64,000 nt of DNA from an uncultured Verrucomicrobiota bacterium (GTDB lineage Bacteria > Verrucomicrobiota > Verrucomicrobiia > Verrucomicrobiales > Verrucomicrobiaceae), in the NCBI GenBank assembly GCA_903848465.1, contig CAINGK010000128.1:6270-70269 (forward strand), read 5' to 3'. Positions 53,486 to 62,570 of this stretch are shown one piece after another (within the stretch, counting starts at the first letter, position 1; the number at the start of each line of letters is the position of its first letter). The position numbers and the translations under genes were made by a program. A model generated the notes under the pieces. It searched no databases. It was not told the origin of the DNA and saw nothing but the letters and a program-made list of their open reading frames with translations.

Positions 53486-55531
53486 TCAGGGATTGGTTTC
53501 GAGAAGTTGCAGAGCATCCATGATGACAAAGCCATCTGTGCCGACATTGCTCAAAGTGATCGTTGTTTCGACGCCGCCATCCAACTGGACATGGCCAATG
53601 GTTCGAAAGGCCTCTCCGGCTGACAGCATCTGCGTTTGATCGACAAGAATATCGGTCTTGCACCCGCCGCATTGAATGGTCATGGGCACCCTTGTTGCAC
53701 GCGTCGCATGGGGGGAATAGGCCATACGCACTTCATAGTTTCCGGTCTTGGGCGCTTTGAAGTGAAAAATGGCGATGGACTGACCATCGGCACGTTTGTC
53801 GTCGTGGAGATAGCCTGTGCCGATGTGTGGCTTGAAACCGGATGAGCGGCTCCACTGGCCTTTGAGTTCTGCCTGCGTGTCATCGAGCACTATGCCATGC
53901 AAAGTCTTCGGATCGATGTTCATCACACCCTGAGGCTCTGGCTTCACTTCAGGCAGCACCGGCAGTTCGAGCACCTGTTTCTGGGCCAGCAGACGCTCAC
54001 GCAGCGCGGGATACGGCAGCTTTTGCACAGCAATGTTTTGCTTGGCGCTCAAAGCGGCGGCAATGCCAGCGCTCTGGCCAAGAATCATCCACGTCGGTTC
54101 CACGCGGATGGAGGAGATGCCCACATGCGTGCAAGAAAGCGCGACGGGCACGAGCAAGTTGTCGCACTCATCGGCCTTCGGAGTGATGGCCCGATAAGGG
54201 ATGTGATACGGATAACCGTGCTTCCGACCTGCCATGCGCACCGGCAAGATCGTGCCTTCATCAACGACCATGTCCTGCGTCCCAACGCGCTGGCAGTCGT
54301 GCGAGTCGATGGGGAATGATGACACGATGATGGGGTCATCCTTCTTCGGCTCGTCCATGATGTCTTTTTGTGACACGACGTATTCACCAATCATGCGCCG
54401 ACCTTCGCGCACGTAGAGCTGCGGCGACCAGTGGCCGTAAGCAGCAAATTCATCACGGCAGAGGCCGACCTCAGCCATCTGCTGTCGCAGCAACTCCGGC
54501 ACGGCAGGATCTGTGCTGAGGAAGTAATGCATCTCCAGAGTGTACTGCTTGTGTGCCTCCCAGATCTTCGCACGCCCCGCTTCATCAGCTTCGCTCCAGC
54601 CGTTGCAGGCACCAACGAGGCCCATGGAGAACTGTTTGCCGATGCCGTTGTTCGCATCAAACTTGTTGCCAGGCAGCGGATACAGATCCCACAGCAAATG
54701 CGGTTTCTTTTCCTGCGCAAAGTAGCGCCGCATGATCTCAAAGCGTGCCGGGTCGTAGTTCGCCGGCTGCGGGAACGGCACCCGGTTTGCCGGGTCTTTG
54801 GTGACGCACAGACGAAAGCTGTACACCATCACGTTCTTGTCGCCTGCTTCATCCGCACCAGCGTTCGTCGTGGTGATCAGTGGAAGTGGTTTGCCATTGG
54901 CATCGAGACCAGAGATCGCCAGCTTGGCCTTGGGGTACTGCTTTCCGGCCAGCGGCTCGCCGAAGTCCTGCCGCCCTTCGCGGCCAATTGTCCAGTTCAC
55001 ACCGGCAGCAGCCATTAAATCTCCCTCATAGGTACCATCCACGAACATCTGGGCCGTGAATTCCCCGTCACTCGTGATGAGTTTTGCAATATGCGCTCCA
55101 TCTTTGGTCACCGATTTCAAAACCCGCTTCGTCAGCACCTTCACGCTCGCTTCATCCAGCATCTGCTGCGTGATCTTCGCCGCCACATGCGGCTCGTAGG
55201 TCCAGGGTTTGTGATCTTTCTCGCTCACCTGGTAGGGCAGCGGCACGCCGCTCTGCTGGTAGTCCTGCTCGATGCGTGCATGCCATTCCTCAAACAAGCC
55301 CAGCACCGTGCTGCGCACCGTTTGATTGGAGTCGCTGAAACAGAGTCCCCCCGTGTTCACCCCACCGACATGATCCGTCGGCTCCAGGAGAATGACCGTT
55401 GCACCTTCCCGCGCTGCGGCGATGGCGGCACAGAATCCGCCCGGTGTGGCTCCATAGACTATGACATCCGCCTCAGCAGCAGCATGGGCAGATAAACTGA
55501 GAGCGAAAAGGAGAGCGACGATGCGTGTCAT
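53486..55531 (-). CDS. secreted FAD-dependent oxidoreductase (PF12831-like) with C-terminal beta-sandwich domain
   Basis: Signal peptide present. Dinucleotide-binding VIVYGATPGGFCAAIAAAREGATVILLE..HVGG. The C-terminal ~130 aa (GQWSRSSGF...YEVRMAYS) is carbohydrate-binding-like. Confidence 0.7.
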   Translation of the reverse strand: MTRIVALLFALSLSAHAAAEADVIVYGATPGGFCAAIAAAREGATVILLEPTDHVGGVNTGGLCFSDSNQTVRSTVLGLFEEWHARIEQDYQQSGVPLPYQVSEKDHKPWTYEPHVAAKITQQMLDEASVKVLTKRVLKSVTKDGAHIAKLITSDGEFTAQMFVDGTYEGDLMAAAGVNWTIGREGRQDFGEPLAGKQYPKAKLAISGLDANGKPLPLITTTNAGADEAGDKNVMVYSFRLCVTKDPANRVPFPQPANYDPARFEIMRRYFAQEKKPHLLWDLYPLPGNKFDANNGIGKQFSMGLVGACNGWSEADEAGRAKIWEAHKQYTLEMHYFLSTDPAVPELLRQQMAEVGLCRDEFAAYGHWSPQLYVREGRRMIGEYVVSQKDIMDEPKKDDPIIVSSFPIDSHDCQRVGTQDMVVDEGTILPVRMAGRKHGYPYHIPYRAITPKADECDNLLVPVALSCTHVGISSIRVEPTWMILGQSAGIAAALSAKQNIAVQKLPYPALRERLLAQKQVLELPVLPEVKPEPQGVMNIDPKTLHGIVLDDTQAELKGQWSRSSGFKPHIGTGYLHDDKRADGQSIAIFHFKAPKTGNYEVRMAYSPHATRATRVPMTIQCGGCKTDILVDQTQMLSAGEAFRTIGHVQLDGGVETTITLSNVGTDGFVIMDALQLLETNP

Positions 55532-55567
55532 GGCTTTCACAAGGACACGATCATCGCATTTTGGACA

Positions 55568-56479
55568 TTATTTTGTCCGCTCGATGACAGCGCGATGCGC
55601 GATCTCCTGCAAAAAGAGGGCATCTTTCGGATCGAGCCCCTTGGGAATGAAGGTGTTGCCCACCGCGCTTTCGCCAAACAAGACCTCATACCACACGCAG
55701 GCACCCAGATATTCGCCTGCCATATTCGCGTGATGGCCATCCATGCCGAGTGTTGTCTTGCCGTCCTTCTTCTTCCACTGCCAGCCGACGTGCAACGAGT
55801 GGGCCTGATTTGGCAGTGCGGGCTGTTTGGCGGCTTTGGGATCGAAGGTGGTGTCGGTTTGATAAGCCCAGGTCGCGTCTGTGTCCGCGAGATGGAAGGC
55901 GTCGCCAGTCGGGATGATACTGGCATTGAATTCTGCGGCGATTTTGTCATAGGCGGAGCGCAGGCCGGTGTACATCTCTTCCTGGGTTTTGGGTTCGCCG
56001 GGTTTGTCTGACGGCTTGGTGAAGCGCGAGTCATCTTTCCGGTACTCCCAGGTCTCATGCACCAGCAGCTTCGCCTGCGGCGCATGTTTGGTGACGTAGT
56101 CACGCAACCAGCCAGCGGATGGCTGATAGGTGGCAAAGTCGTGGCTCTTGATGCTCGCCTGCTGGATCGTGACGTAGTCCCACTTTTGCAGTTCTAGGTT
56201 TTCCTTCAAACCGCGGCCACTCGTGTAGAGGCCTGCTTTGTCCTTCGGGTCTGCTTCATGCTTTTGCGCTTTCTCGGCATGTACCTGGAAGCTGGCCCCA
56301 CCAATGACGAGGGGCTGATGAACGAGCGTGTGTCCGCCCGCCTTCGCCAGATCGCCGAGGTAATGGGTGGCATTGGCGGAGAAGCTATTGCCAATGGTGA
56401 GCAGTTTCACCGTTTTGGCCTCGCCCGCGAAGGACGAGACGCAAAACAGCAGCGCAGCGATCAAAGCGAACGCTTTCAT
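55568..56479 (-). CDS. DUF4886 (SGNH-like) secreted protein
   Basis: Signal peptide starts at the ATG at 56479. LLTIGNSFSANATHYL is the DUF4886 hallmark. Confidence 0.6.
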   Translation of the reverse strand: MKAFALIAALLFCVSSFAGEAKTVKLLTIGNSFSANATHYLGDLAKAGGHTLVHQPLVIGGASFQVHAEKAQKHEADPKDKAGLYTSGRGLKENLELQKWDYVTIQQASIKSHDFATYQPSAGWLRDYVTKHAPQAKLLVHETWEYRKDDSRFTKPSDKPGEPKTQEEMYTGLRSAYDKIAAEFNASIIPTGDAFHLADTDATWAYQTDTTFDPKAAKQPALPNQAHSLHVGWQWKKKDGKTTLGMDGHHANMAGEYLGACVWYEVLFGESAVGNTFIPKGLDPKDALFLQEIAHRAVIERTK

Positions 56480-56491
56480 GCAATTCACTGA

Positions 56492-56893
56492 TTAGTGGCA
56501 GCCGCAGCCTTCGCCGCAGCCTTTGGAGAACACTTCGGCTTCGGCAGGCACTTCACCGCGTTCGAGGCTTTTGCCGACGAAGCTTGTCACCACTTCGGCA
56601 ATGCCGCGCAGAACGTCCTGGGCTTCGATGAAGCTGAGAATGGCGGTGTTGGTATCGCACTGGTCCTGTAGATCGGTGAAGCGGGAAATTTCTTCTCCGC
56701 TGGGCTCTTCACCGCTGTGCTGCTTCTGGTGCAAGGCGCGGCCGAGCGTAGCCATTTCGCGGTAGAGCGATACGGCTTCTTCGTTGGCGAGGAAGGCTTC
56801 CGCTTTTTCGCGGGCATTTTTCACGTCGCTGTCGGCCACGAGGGTTTCGCACAGTTCGACGATCTTGGATTTGATTTGGGGGGAGGCGTTCAT
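56492..56893 (-). CDS. YlbF/YmcA-like (UPF0342) small helical protein with Cys-rich C-terminus
   Basis: 133 aa, helical. VKNAREKAEAFLANEEAVSLYREM...FIEAQDVL resembles the YlbF family. Ends in GCGEGCGCH. Confidence 0.5.
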   Translation of the reverse strand: MNASPQIKSKIVELCETLVADSDVKNAREKAEAFLANEEAVSLYREMATLGRALHQKQHSGEEPSGEEISRFTDLQDQCDTNTAILSFIEAQDVLRGIAEVVTSFVGKSLERGEVPAEAEVFSKGCGEGCGCH

Positions 56894-56947
56894 GGGGAGG
56901 CGAGATTAGGCCGGAATAGCCGATTCAAAGGGAAAAGTCGGACAATT

Positions 56948-57661
56948 TCACCATGCCCGGGCCACTGCGAGGTTCCGTTTGAAGCCCTCGCGCACCAGCG
57001 AAAGGTCGGAATCCATGGCAATCCAGGTGAAGCCCAGCGCTTTGAGCTTTTCCTTGTCATCGGCATGGCGCACGAGGATGCCACAACCCTTGCCGTGGTC
57101 TCTGGCGGCCTTGACGATGCTGCTCACGCAGTCGTCGTAGCTGCGGGGTGACTGCTGCGCTTTGAGGTCAAAGGACAAATCGGCAGGCCCAATGAAAAGG
57201 GCATCGATCCCTTCCACGGCGGCGATTTGCCCGGCATTTGCCACTGCCTCAGCAGTTTCGATCTGGGCGAGGATGATCGGTTTGGGCATCACATCGCCCG
57301 GCAGCCGCAGACCATAGCCATAGGCACGCACGGTGCGTGAGACGCCGCGATGCCCCTGTGGAGGATAATACGCCGCGTCCACGCAGTGGCGAGCCTCTGC
57401 CACGGTATTCACATGCGGCACCATGATGCCCTGCGCGCCCCAATCGAGCACACGACCGATCAGATCCGGATGCGGTGCGCTCACGCGCACGATGGCGATG
57501 GTATCGCTGCCGCGCAAAGCGCGCAGTTGATTCGGCAGGGCGGCCTCAGATTCGCAGCCGTGTTCCAGATCGATCAAAACCCAGTCGAAGCCGGACTCAG
57601 CCGCCAGTTCAGTGACCGCAGGTGAGCCGATGGAGAGAAAGGTGCCAATGTGAGTTTTCAT
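56948..57661 (-). CDS. HpcH/HpaI-family 2-keto-3-deoxy-acid aldolase
   Basis: FDWVLIDLEHG, IVRV, MVPHVNT, QIETAEAVANAGQIAAVEGIDALFIGPADLS. Confidence 0.8.
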   Translation of the reverse strand: MKTHIGTFLSIGSPAVTELAAESGFDWVLIDLEHGCESEAALPNQLRALRGSDTIAIVRVSAPHPDLIGRVLDWGAQGIMVPHVNTVAEARHCVDAAYYPPQGHRGVSRTVRAYGYGLRLPGDVMPKPIILAQIETAEAVANAGQIAAVEGIDALFIGPADLSFDLKAQQSPRSYDDCVSSIVKAARDHGKGCGILVRHADDKEKLKALGFTWIAMDSDLSLVREGFKRNLAVARAW

Positions 57662-57914
57662 GGTCGGAGAATCACGATGCTGTAGGAAATGCGCAAGCTC
57701 CGCAATGCGAAGATGAATGAGTTTGCGTGAATTCGCTCAGCGATTGCCAAGCGTGAAGCAACACTCGCTCACGCACTTAATTCCAGCTTAGTTCCAACTG
57801 AAATCTTCAGGCGATTTGCCCTCATTAGTCATCGCCACCGGCGTTTGATGCAGTACCCACTTGCGACAGATGGCGATTGCTCCCAGGGAAGGCTGTGCGA
57901 GCATCCGGCTAGCT

Positions 57915-59522
57915 ATGAAATCCGAACAACGAGTTTGTGCGAGTGGTGGGTTTTCCGCCAAGAGGCTGTTTCGACTCATCCCCGCTCTGCTCACCGGAGT
58001 GGTTCTGCTGGCAGGATGCAGCAAGCAGAAAAGGGTCAACCTGTTTGAGGAAGGTAAGGCGCAGGAGGCGCTGACAGAGCTGTCGAAAAAATTCTCTCAG
58101 CCAGCAAAAGTTCTGAACATGGACATCACACCACTGGGTCTGACAATCCAGGTGCAGGATCCGGCGCAGCCAAGCCACGTGGATGTATACAGCCTGGAGC
58201 ATAGCTACCTTTTAGAGGACCGTTATCATGATGTGAGCATCTCGGGGCCCAAGCCGGTTCAGCTAAGCCTCATCAATGACAATCTCGAAGAGAACCTCTT
58301 CAATCTCAATGATGTGAATATTGCAGGCGTCGCGGCGACTGCAAAGTCCGCCCTGGAGCACACGGCGCTGGAGGGCGGCGGCATCGCAAGCATTCACATT
58401 CAGAGGCGTCTGTTTCTCATCCCCGTGGCAACCTGTGGCGATGTGGACTGGGAAATCTCGGTGAAGAGCGACCGGGAATACGCGACGGCCTACGCGGATG
58501 CGAAAGGCCGCATCACGCGCCTCAACCTTGATGGCACGAACCGTGCGAAGAACCTCAATCTGTATGCCGACAACAAAGAACTGCTCGGCATCGTGGCCAC
58601 GATGCGGGAGACTTTCGGCAGCACGCGCGGCATTCTGAAGCTGCACCTGAACCGGAACTTCCTCGGCTTCGATGCACGCGATCCGCAGAAACCGAAACGG
58701 CTGATGAGTTTCACCGCCAATCTCAATGGCGTGCTGATGGGGATGGATGCCTTCAACGGCGGCCCAGGTGCGCCACAACTTCCTGATGACCGGTTCTTCG
58801 GCGTGGATGACGTGGACTGGGCGAAGGTGCCGGAGATGCTGAAGCAGGCCCAGGCGAAGCTGGAGATCGCCAAGGGGCGGCTTTACGCCGTCTCGCTGAC
58901 GAAGGCCACGCTGGGCGGAGAGGCACAGCCGCTGCGGTGGACGGTGGATATTCGGGATGGCGAAGGTGAGGATGGAGAGGTGGAATTCGATCCACAGGGC
59001 GTGGTGTCGCATGTGAAGCTGCCAAAGAGCCGCAGCGTGGCGGTAAACACCTTTGAGTCGGAAGGTGCCAAACAAGTCATTACGGGCATCAAGCAAACCT
59101 TTGGCGCTCATGCAAAACTCATCGAACTCGCCTTCTCCGGCAGCCGGGCCACGATCGTCGCACGCGACCCGAAGCAGCCTGCGAAGATTCGAGACTGGCT
59201 GTATGATGACGACCACTTCGCCGACTTCAAGGGGTCGGACCAAACCCCGTTCTATCGCAATCTGCAAGAGTCCTCGTTCTTTGATCTGGATGAGGTCGAG
59301 GCCGCGCTGCCACATCTGCTGCCAAAACTTGAAGAGACTGCGCTGGAACGCTTGAAAATGCCCGACGGCAAGGTCGAGCGAATCACCTTCTACCGCCAGC
59401 AGAAGATGCAGCCACCCAGCCCCAAGGTCACCATTCAGATCAATGTGCAGGGTGCAGATGGCAAAAGCGGCTGTGTCAGCTACGACCTCCAGGGAAACTT
59501 CGTGCATGTCATGACGCCGTGA
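57915..59522 (+). CDS. lipoprotein of unknown function built from degenerate alpha+beta (PepSY-like) modules
   Basis: Lipobox VVLLAGC follows the internal ATG at 57915. About six segments of similar length each end in a pattern like ..v.v..D..G.v..v.l. Confidence 0.55.
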   Translation: MKSEQRVCASGGFSAKRLFRLIPALLTGVVLLAGCSKQKRVNLFEEGKAQEALTELSKKFSQPAKVLNMDITPLGLTIQVQDPAQPSHVDVYSLEHSYLLEDRYHDVSISGPKPVQLSLINDNLEENLFNLNDVNIAGVAATAKSALEHTALEGGGIASIHIQRRLFLIPVATCGDVDWEISVKSDREYATAYADAKGRITRLNLDGTNRAKNLNLYADNKELLGIVATMRETFGSTRGILKLHLNRNFLGFDARDPQKPKRLMSFTANLNGVLMGMDAFNGGPGAPQLPDDRFFGVDDVDWAKVPEMLKQAQAKLEIAKGRLYAVSLTKATLGGEAQPLRWTVDIRDGEGEDGEVEFDPQGVVSHVKLPKSRSVAVNTFESEGAKQVITGIKQTFGAHAKLIELAFSGSRATIVARDPKQPAKIRDWLYDDDHFADFKGSDQTPFYRNLQESSFFDLDEVEAALPHLLPKLEETALERLKMPDGKVERITFYRQQKMQPPSPKVTIQINVQGADGKSGCVSYDLQGNFVHVMTP

Positions 59523-59645
59523 GTTGGGCATCCGGAAGGCAGATCGCATCGAAGCTTCAATGGCCGATCCTATCGAACTTGCTTGAAGTCCGACGCATCC
59601 CACCCAGCCTGATCCGACCGCCCCACGATTCTACTTATCTATTGC

Positions 59646-61100
59646 ATGTCCTCTCCTGATCTCCGCACCCTCGAACCCAAGTCTCTCTGGAACTGCTTCG
59701 CCGAGCTCAATGCCGTGCCACGCCCATCTAAACGTGAGGAACGTGTCGTGGGCTTTGTTCTGGGATTCGCCACACGCCATGGCCTTGCGGCACAGCTCGA
59801 TACGGCGGGCAATGTCATCATCAAAAAACCCGCTTCAGCAGACCGGCAAGACCACCCGCCAGTCATCATGCAGGCGCATCTCGACATGGTGCATAAGGCT
59901 GGAGACGGGGTGACGTTTGATTTCGACCAGCAAGGAATCGACATGTGGGTCGATGGTGACTGGGTGCGCGCACGCGGCACCACGCTCGGTGCGGACAACG
60001 GCCTCGGTGTCGCCGCGATCCTGGCGGTGTTGGCTGCGCAGGATTTGTCCCACCCACCCATCGAGGCGCTCTTCACCCTGGATGAAGAGCAGGGCATGGG
60101 CGGCGCCCTGGGTCTGCAGCCCGGACTGCTGACGGGAAAAACCATGCTGAATCTCGACTCCGAAGAAGACGATACTTTTACCATTGGCTGCGCAGGCGGC
60201 ATTGATACGTTGGGCAGTTTTGAATACACCGAGGTGGTGCATGACTCCGCCGCGCCGGTAGTCAGCATCCATATCACCGGCCTGCGCGGCGGACATTCTG
60301 GACTGCAGATTCACGAAGGACGCGCGAACGCAAACAAACTCATGACGCGCCTTCTCCATGCGTGCGGCGAGGATGTGGCAGCCCTTTCGACCATGAGAGG
60401 CGGCAGTGCACGCAATGCCATCCCAGCGCAGTGCGTGGCGCAGGTGGTCATTTTGGATCAGTCTCGATTTGATGAAAAATTCCAGCGTGAGGCCGCTGGC
60501 ATCCGCGCAGAGTTTAGCCTGATCGAACCAGGGCTGAGCATCACCACGACACCAGTGGCTGACGAAAGCGGCAGCGTGCAAACAATGAAACCGGAGCATC
60601 AGAAGGCCCTCGTTCTCGCCATGCAGGCCGTCGTGAACGGTGTCTATCGCATGAGCCCCGTGGTGCCCGGATTGGTGGAGGCGTCTTCGAATTTCTCCAC
60701 CATCGCTCTCGGCGGCGGCAAGGCCGAATGGAGCAGCCTACAGCGCAGCTCCGTGGAGTCTAGCAAGCTCGACGTCGCCGCTGCTTTCCGCGCGCCGTTT
60801 GAACTCATCGGTGCCCACGTCCGCTCTGGCGATCCCTATCCCGGCTGGAGCCCCAGCGCTACATCTCCCATTTTGGACAAGATGAAGAAGCTCTACCGAG
60901 AACTCTTTGGCCATGAGGTCAACGTGGGTGCCTGCCATGCCGGACTCGAGTGTGGTGTCATCAGCATGGCTTATCCAGATCTCGACATGATTTCCTTCGG
61001 GCCAAACATCCACGAGGCGCACTCCGAAAAAGAATGCGCCAGCATCTCATCCACGCAGAAGTTCTGGAAGCTGCTCACCGCCGTGTTGGCTGAGCTATAA
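59646..61100 (+). CDS. pepD: aminoacyl-histidine dipeptidase (M20C, Xaa-His dipeptidase)
   Basis: LEPKSLWNCFAELNAVPRPSKRE, MQAHLDMV, GTTLGADNGLGVA, LFTLDEEQGMGGA, and C-terminal HSEKE-type motif. Confidence 0.85.
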   Translation: MSSPDLRTLEPKSLWNCFAELNAVPRPSKREERVVGFVLGFATRHGLAAQLDTAGNVIIKKPASADRQDHPPVIMQAHLDMVHKAGDGVTFDFDQQGIDMWVDGDWVRARGTTLGADNGLGVAAILAVLAAQDLSHPPIEALFTLDEEQGMGGALGLQPGLLTGKTMLNLDSEEDDTFTIGCAGGIDTLGSFEYTEVVHDSAAPVVSIHITGLRGGHSGLQIHEGRANANKLMTRLLHACGEDVAALSTMRGGSARNAIPAQCVAQVVILDQSRFDEKFQREAAGIRAEFSLIEPGLSITTTPVADESGSVQTMKPEHQKALVLAMQAVVNGVYRMSPVVPGLVEASSNFSTIALGGGKAEWSSLQRSSVESSKLDVAAAFRAPFELIGAHVRSGDPYPGWSPSATSPILDKMKKLYRELFGHEVNVGACHAGLECGVISMAYPDLDMISFGPNIHEAHSEKECASISSTQKFWKLLTAVLAEL

Positions 61101-61127
61101 CTTCAGCAGCTCAAGCGGAAGCTCAGC
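61089..61127. terminator. bulged stem-loop overlapping the pepD stop codon and extending into the 35-nt gap to the sulfatase pseudogene
   Basis: GCTGAGC-tataa-CTTC / GAAG-GCTCAGC with a 13-nt loop. Weak, with no U-tract. Confidence 0.2.
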
Positions 61128-61135
61128 TCTGATGC

Positions 61136-62531
61136 TCAATTTTGCTGCTGGGCTTTTTTGAGCAGCTTTTTCGCTTTCTTTTCCGCACTCTTCGCAGCAC
61201 CGGCAGCGGGATTGTTGATGGTAGGCAGATGTTTGGCCAGCTCGGCCTTGGTCCCTGCGTGTTGCGGATCCTTGGCTAGGTTGGTCCACTCATAGGGGTC
61301 GGCGACCTCATTGTAGAGTTCTTCATCTCCGTTTGCGTAATGAATGTAGCGCCAGCCTTCGGTGCGCACAGCGTGATTGCTCAGGCCGAAGGTGGTGATC
61401 GCTGGCGTGTCCCAGGCAGAAGCCGGATCGGCAAGGAGCTGCCTGATGCTTTTGCCTTCCACATGCGCTGGCGTGGGCAAACCGCATACGTCGGTGAGTG
61501 TGGGAAAGACGGAGGTGAAATCAACGGTGCGCTCACACACGCTGTCGGGTTTGGTCAAACCGGGCACCACCCAGATGAGCGGGGCGCGTGTGGCCTCCTC
61601 CCACAGCGCGAATTTCCGCCAATGGTCTTTTTCACCCAGGTGCCAGCCGTGATCGCCCCAGAAGACGATGGCGGTATTGGCCTTGTGCGGGCTTTTGTCA
61701 TAGGCCTCCATGAGGCGGCCAATGAGCATGTCGGTATAGCTGGCGGCGGCGAGATAGCCCTGGATCGCCTCTTTCCAGCGACCGCTCTTGATCATTTCAG
61801 CGTGGTCGCCATCGGGCTTGGCCATCTTCACGCCCGCTGGTGGCACATCATCCAGATCATCTTTCTTGTAGGGTGGCAGCTCGATTTTATCGAGCGGATG
61901 CATGTCGTAGTACTTCTTCGGCACGTTCCACGGCATGTGTGGTTTGTGAATGCCGCAGGCGAGGAAGAAGGGCTTCTCCTGCGGCTTGCCGAGCTGGTCG
62001 ATGCAGTAGTTTACGATGTGCCAGTCATTGAGTTCATCGTCTTTGCAATCGAGCGCGGCGAACTTGATGCCCCCCACGCCATCGCTCTGTCCTTTCGGCA
62101 CCTTCGGCATGCCGCCTTCGTTTTTCAGGTAGTCACCCCCAATCTTCGAGGCGCTTGTAGCTCTCATGGTAAATTTTGCCTGCGCCGCAGACGAAGTAGC
62201 CGCCCTGGCGAAAGGCGTGGGTGAGTGTTTGCTCTTCTGAAATGACCGGACGCCAGTCCTGGTTGTTATCATAAACGCCCGTCCTCCCCGGACGCATGCC
62301 GCTCATGAGCGCCGCCCGTGAGGGGTTGCACACCGGCGCAGCGCAGTAGCTGTGCGTGAAGCGCACGCCCCGTGCGGCGAGCTTGTCGATGTTCGGCGTG
62401 ATCGACTGTTTATTGCGCCCGAGATAGCCGACCCAATGGTTGAGATCATCGATGGCGATGAATAAGACATTCGGCTTGTCAGCGGCCGGAGCCGTGACAA
62501 CGAGCAGCAAAAGAGCAAGGATGAGGCGCAT
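61136..62531 (-). pseudogene. Cys-type sulfatase disrupted by a frameshift in a G5 run (or a homopolymer sequencing error)
   Basis: The N-terminal ORF carries NVLFIAIDDLN and CNPSRAALMSGM and ends ...GKIYHESYKRLEDWG*. The C-terminal ORF continues in another frame from ...GGDYLKNEGG. The frames meet at minus-strand GGGGG (62136-62140). Removing one G gives the in-frame sequence EDWGDYLKNEGG. Confidence 0.7.
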
Positions 62532-62570
62532 GATGGCCGCAGAAACGCAGGCCAAGCAGGCGTCTTACGC

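Noticed and set aside
58263-59603. Minus-strand ORF of 446 aa opposite the lipoprotein gene
   Set aside because: It has no start context, signal or motifs and an Arg/Leu/His-rich shadow composition. The plus-strand ORF has a lipobox and regular secondary-structure periodicity.
62133-62272. Programmed ribosomal frameshift in the sulfatase
   Set aside because: There is no slippery heptamer plus downstream structure. A simple G5 homopolymer indel or a sequencing error explains the frame change more economically.
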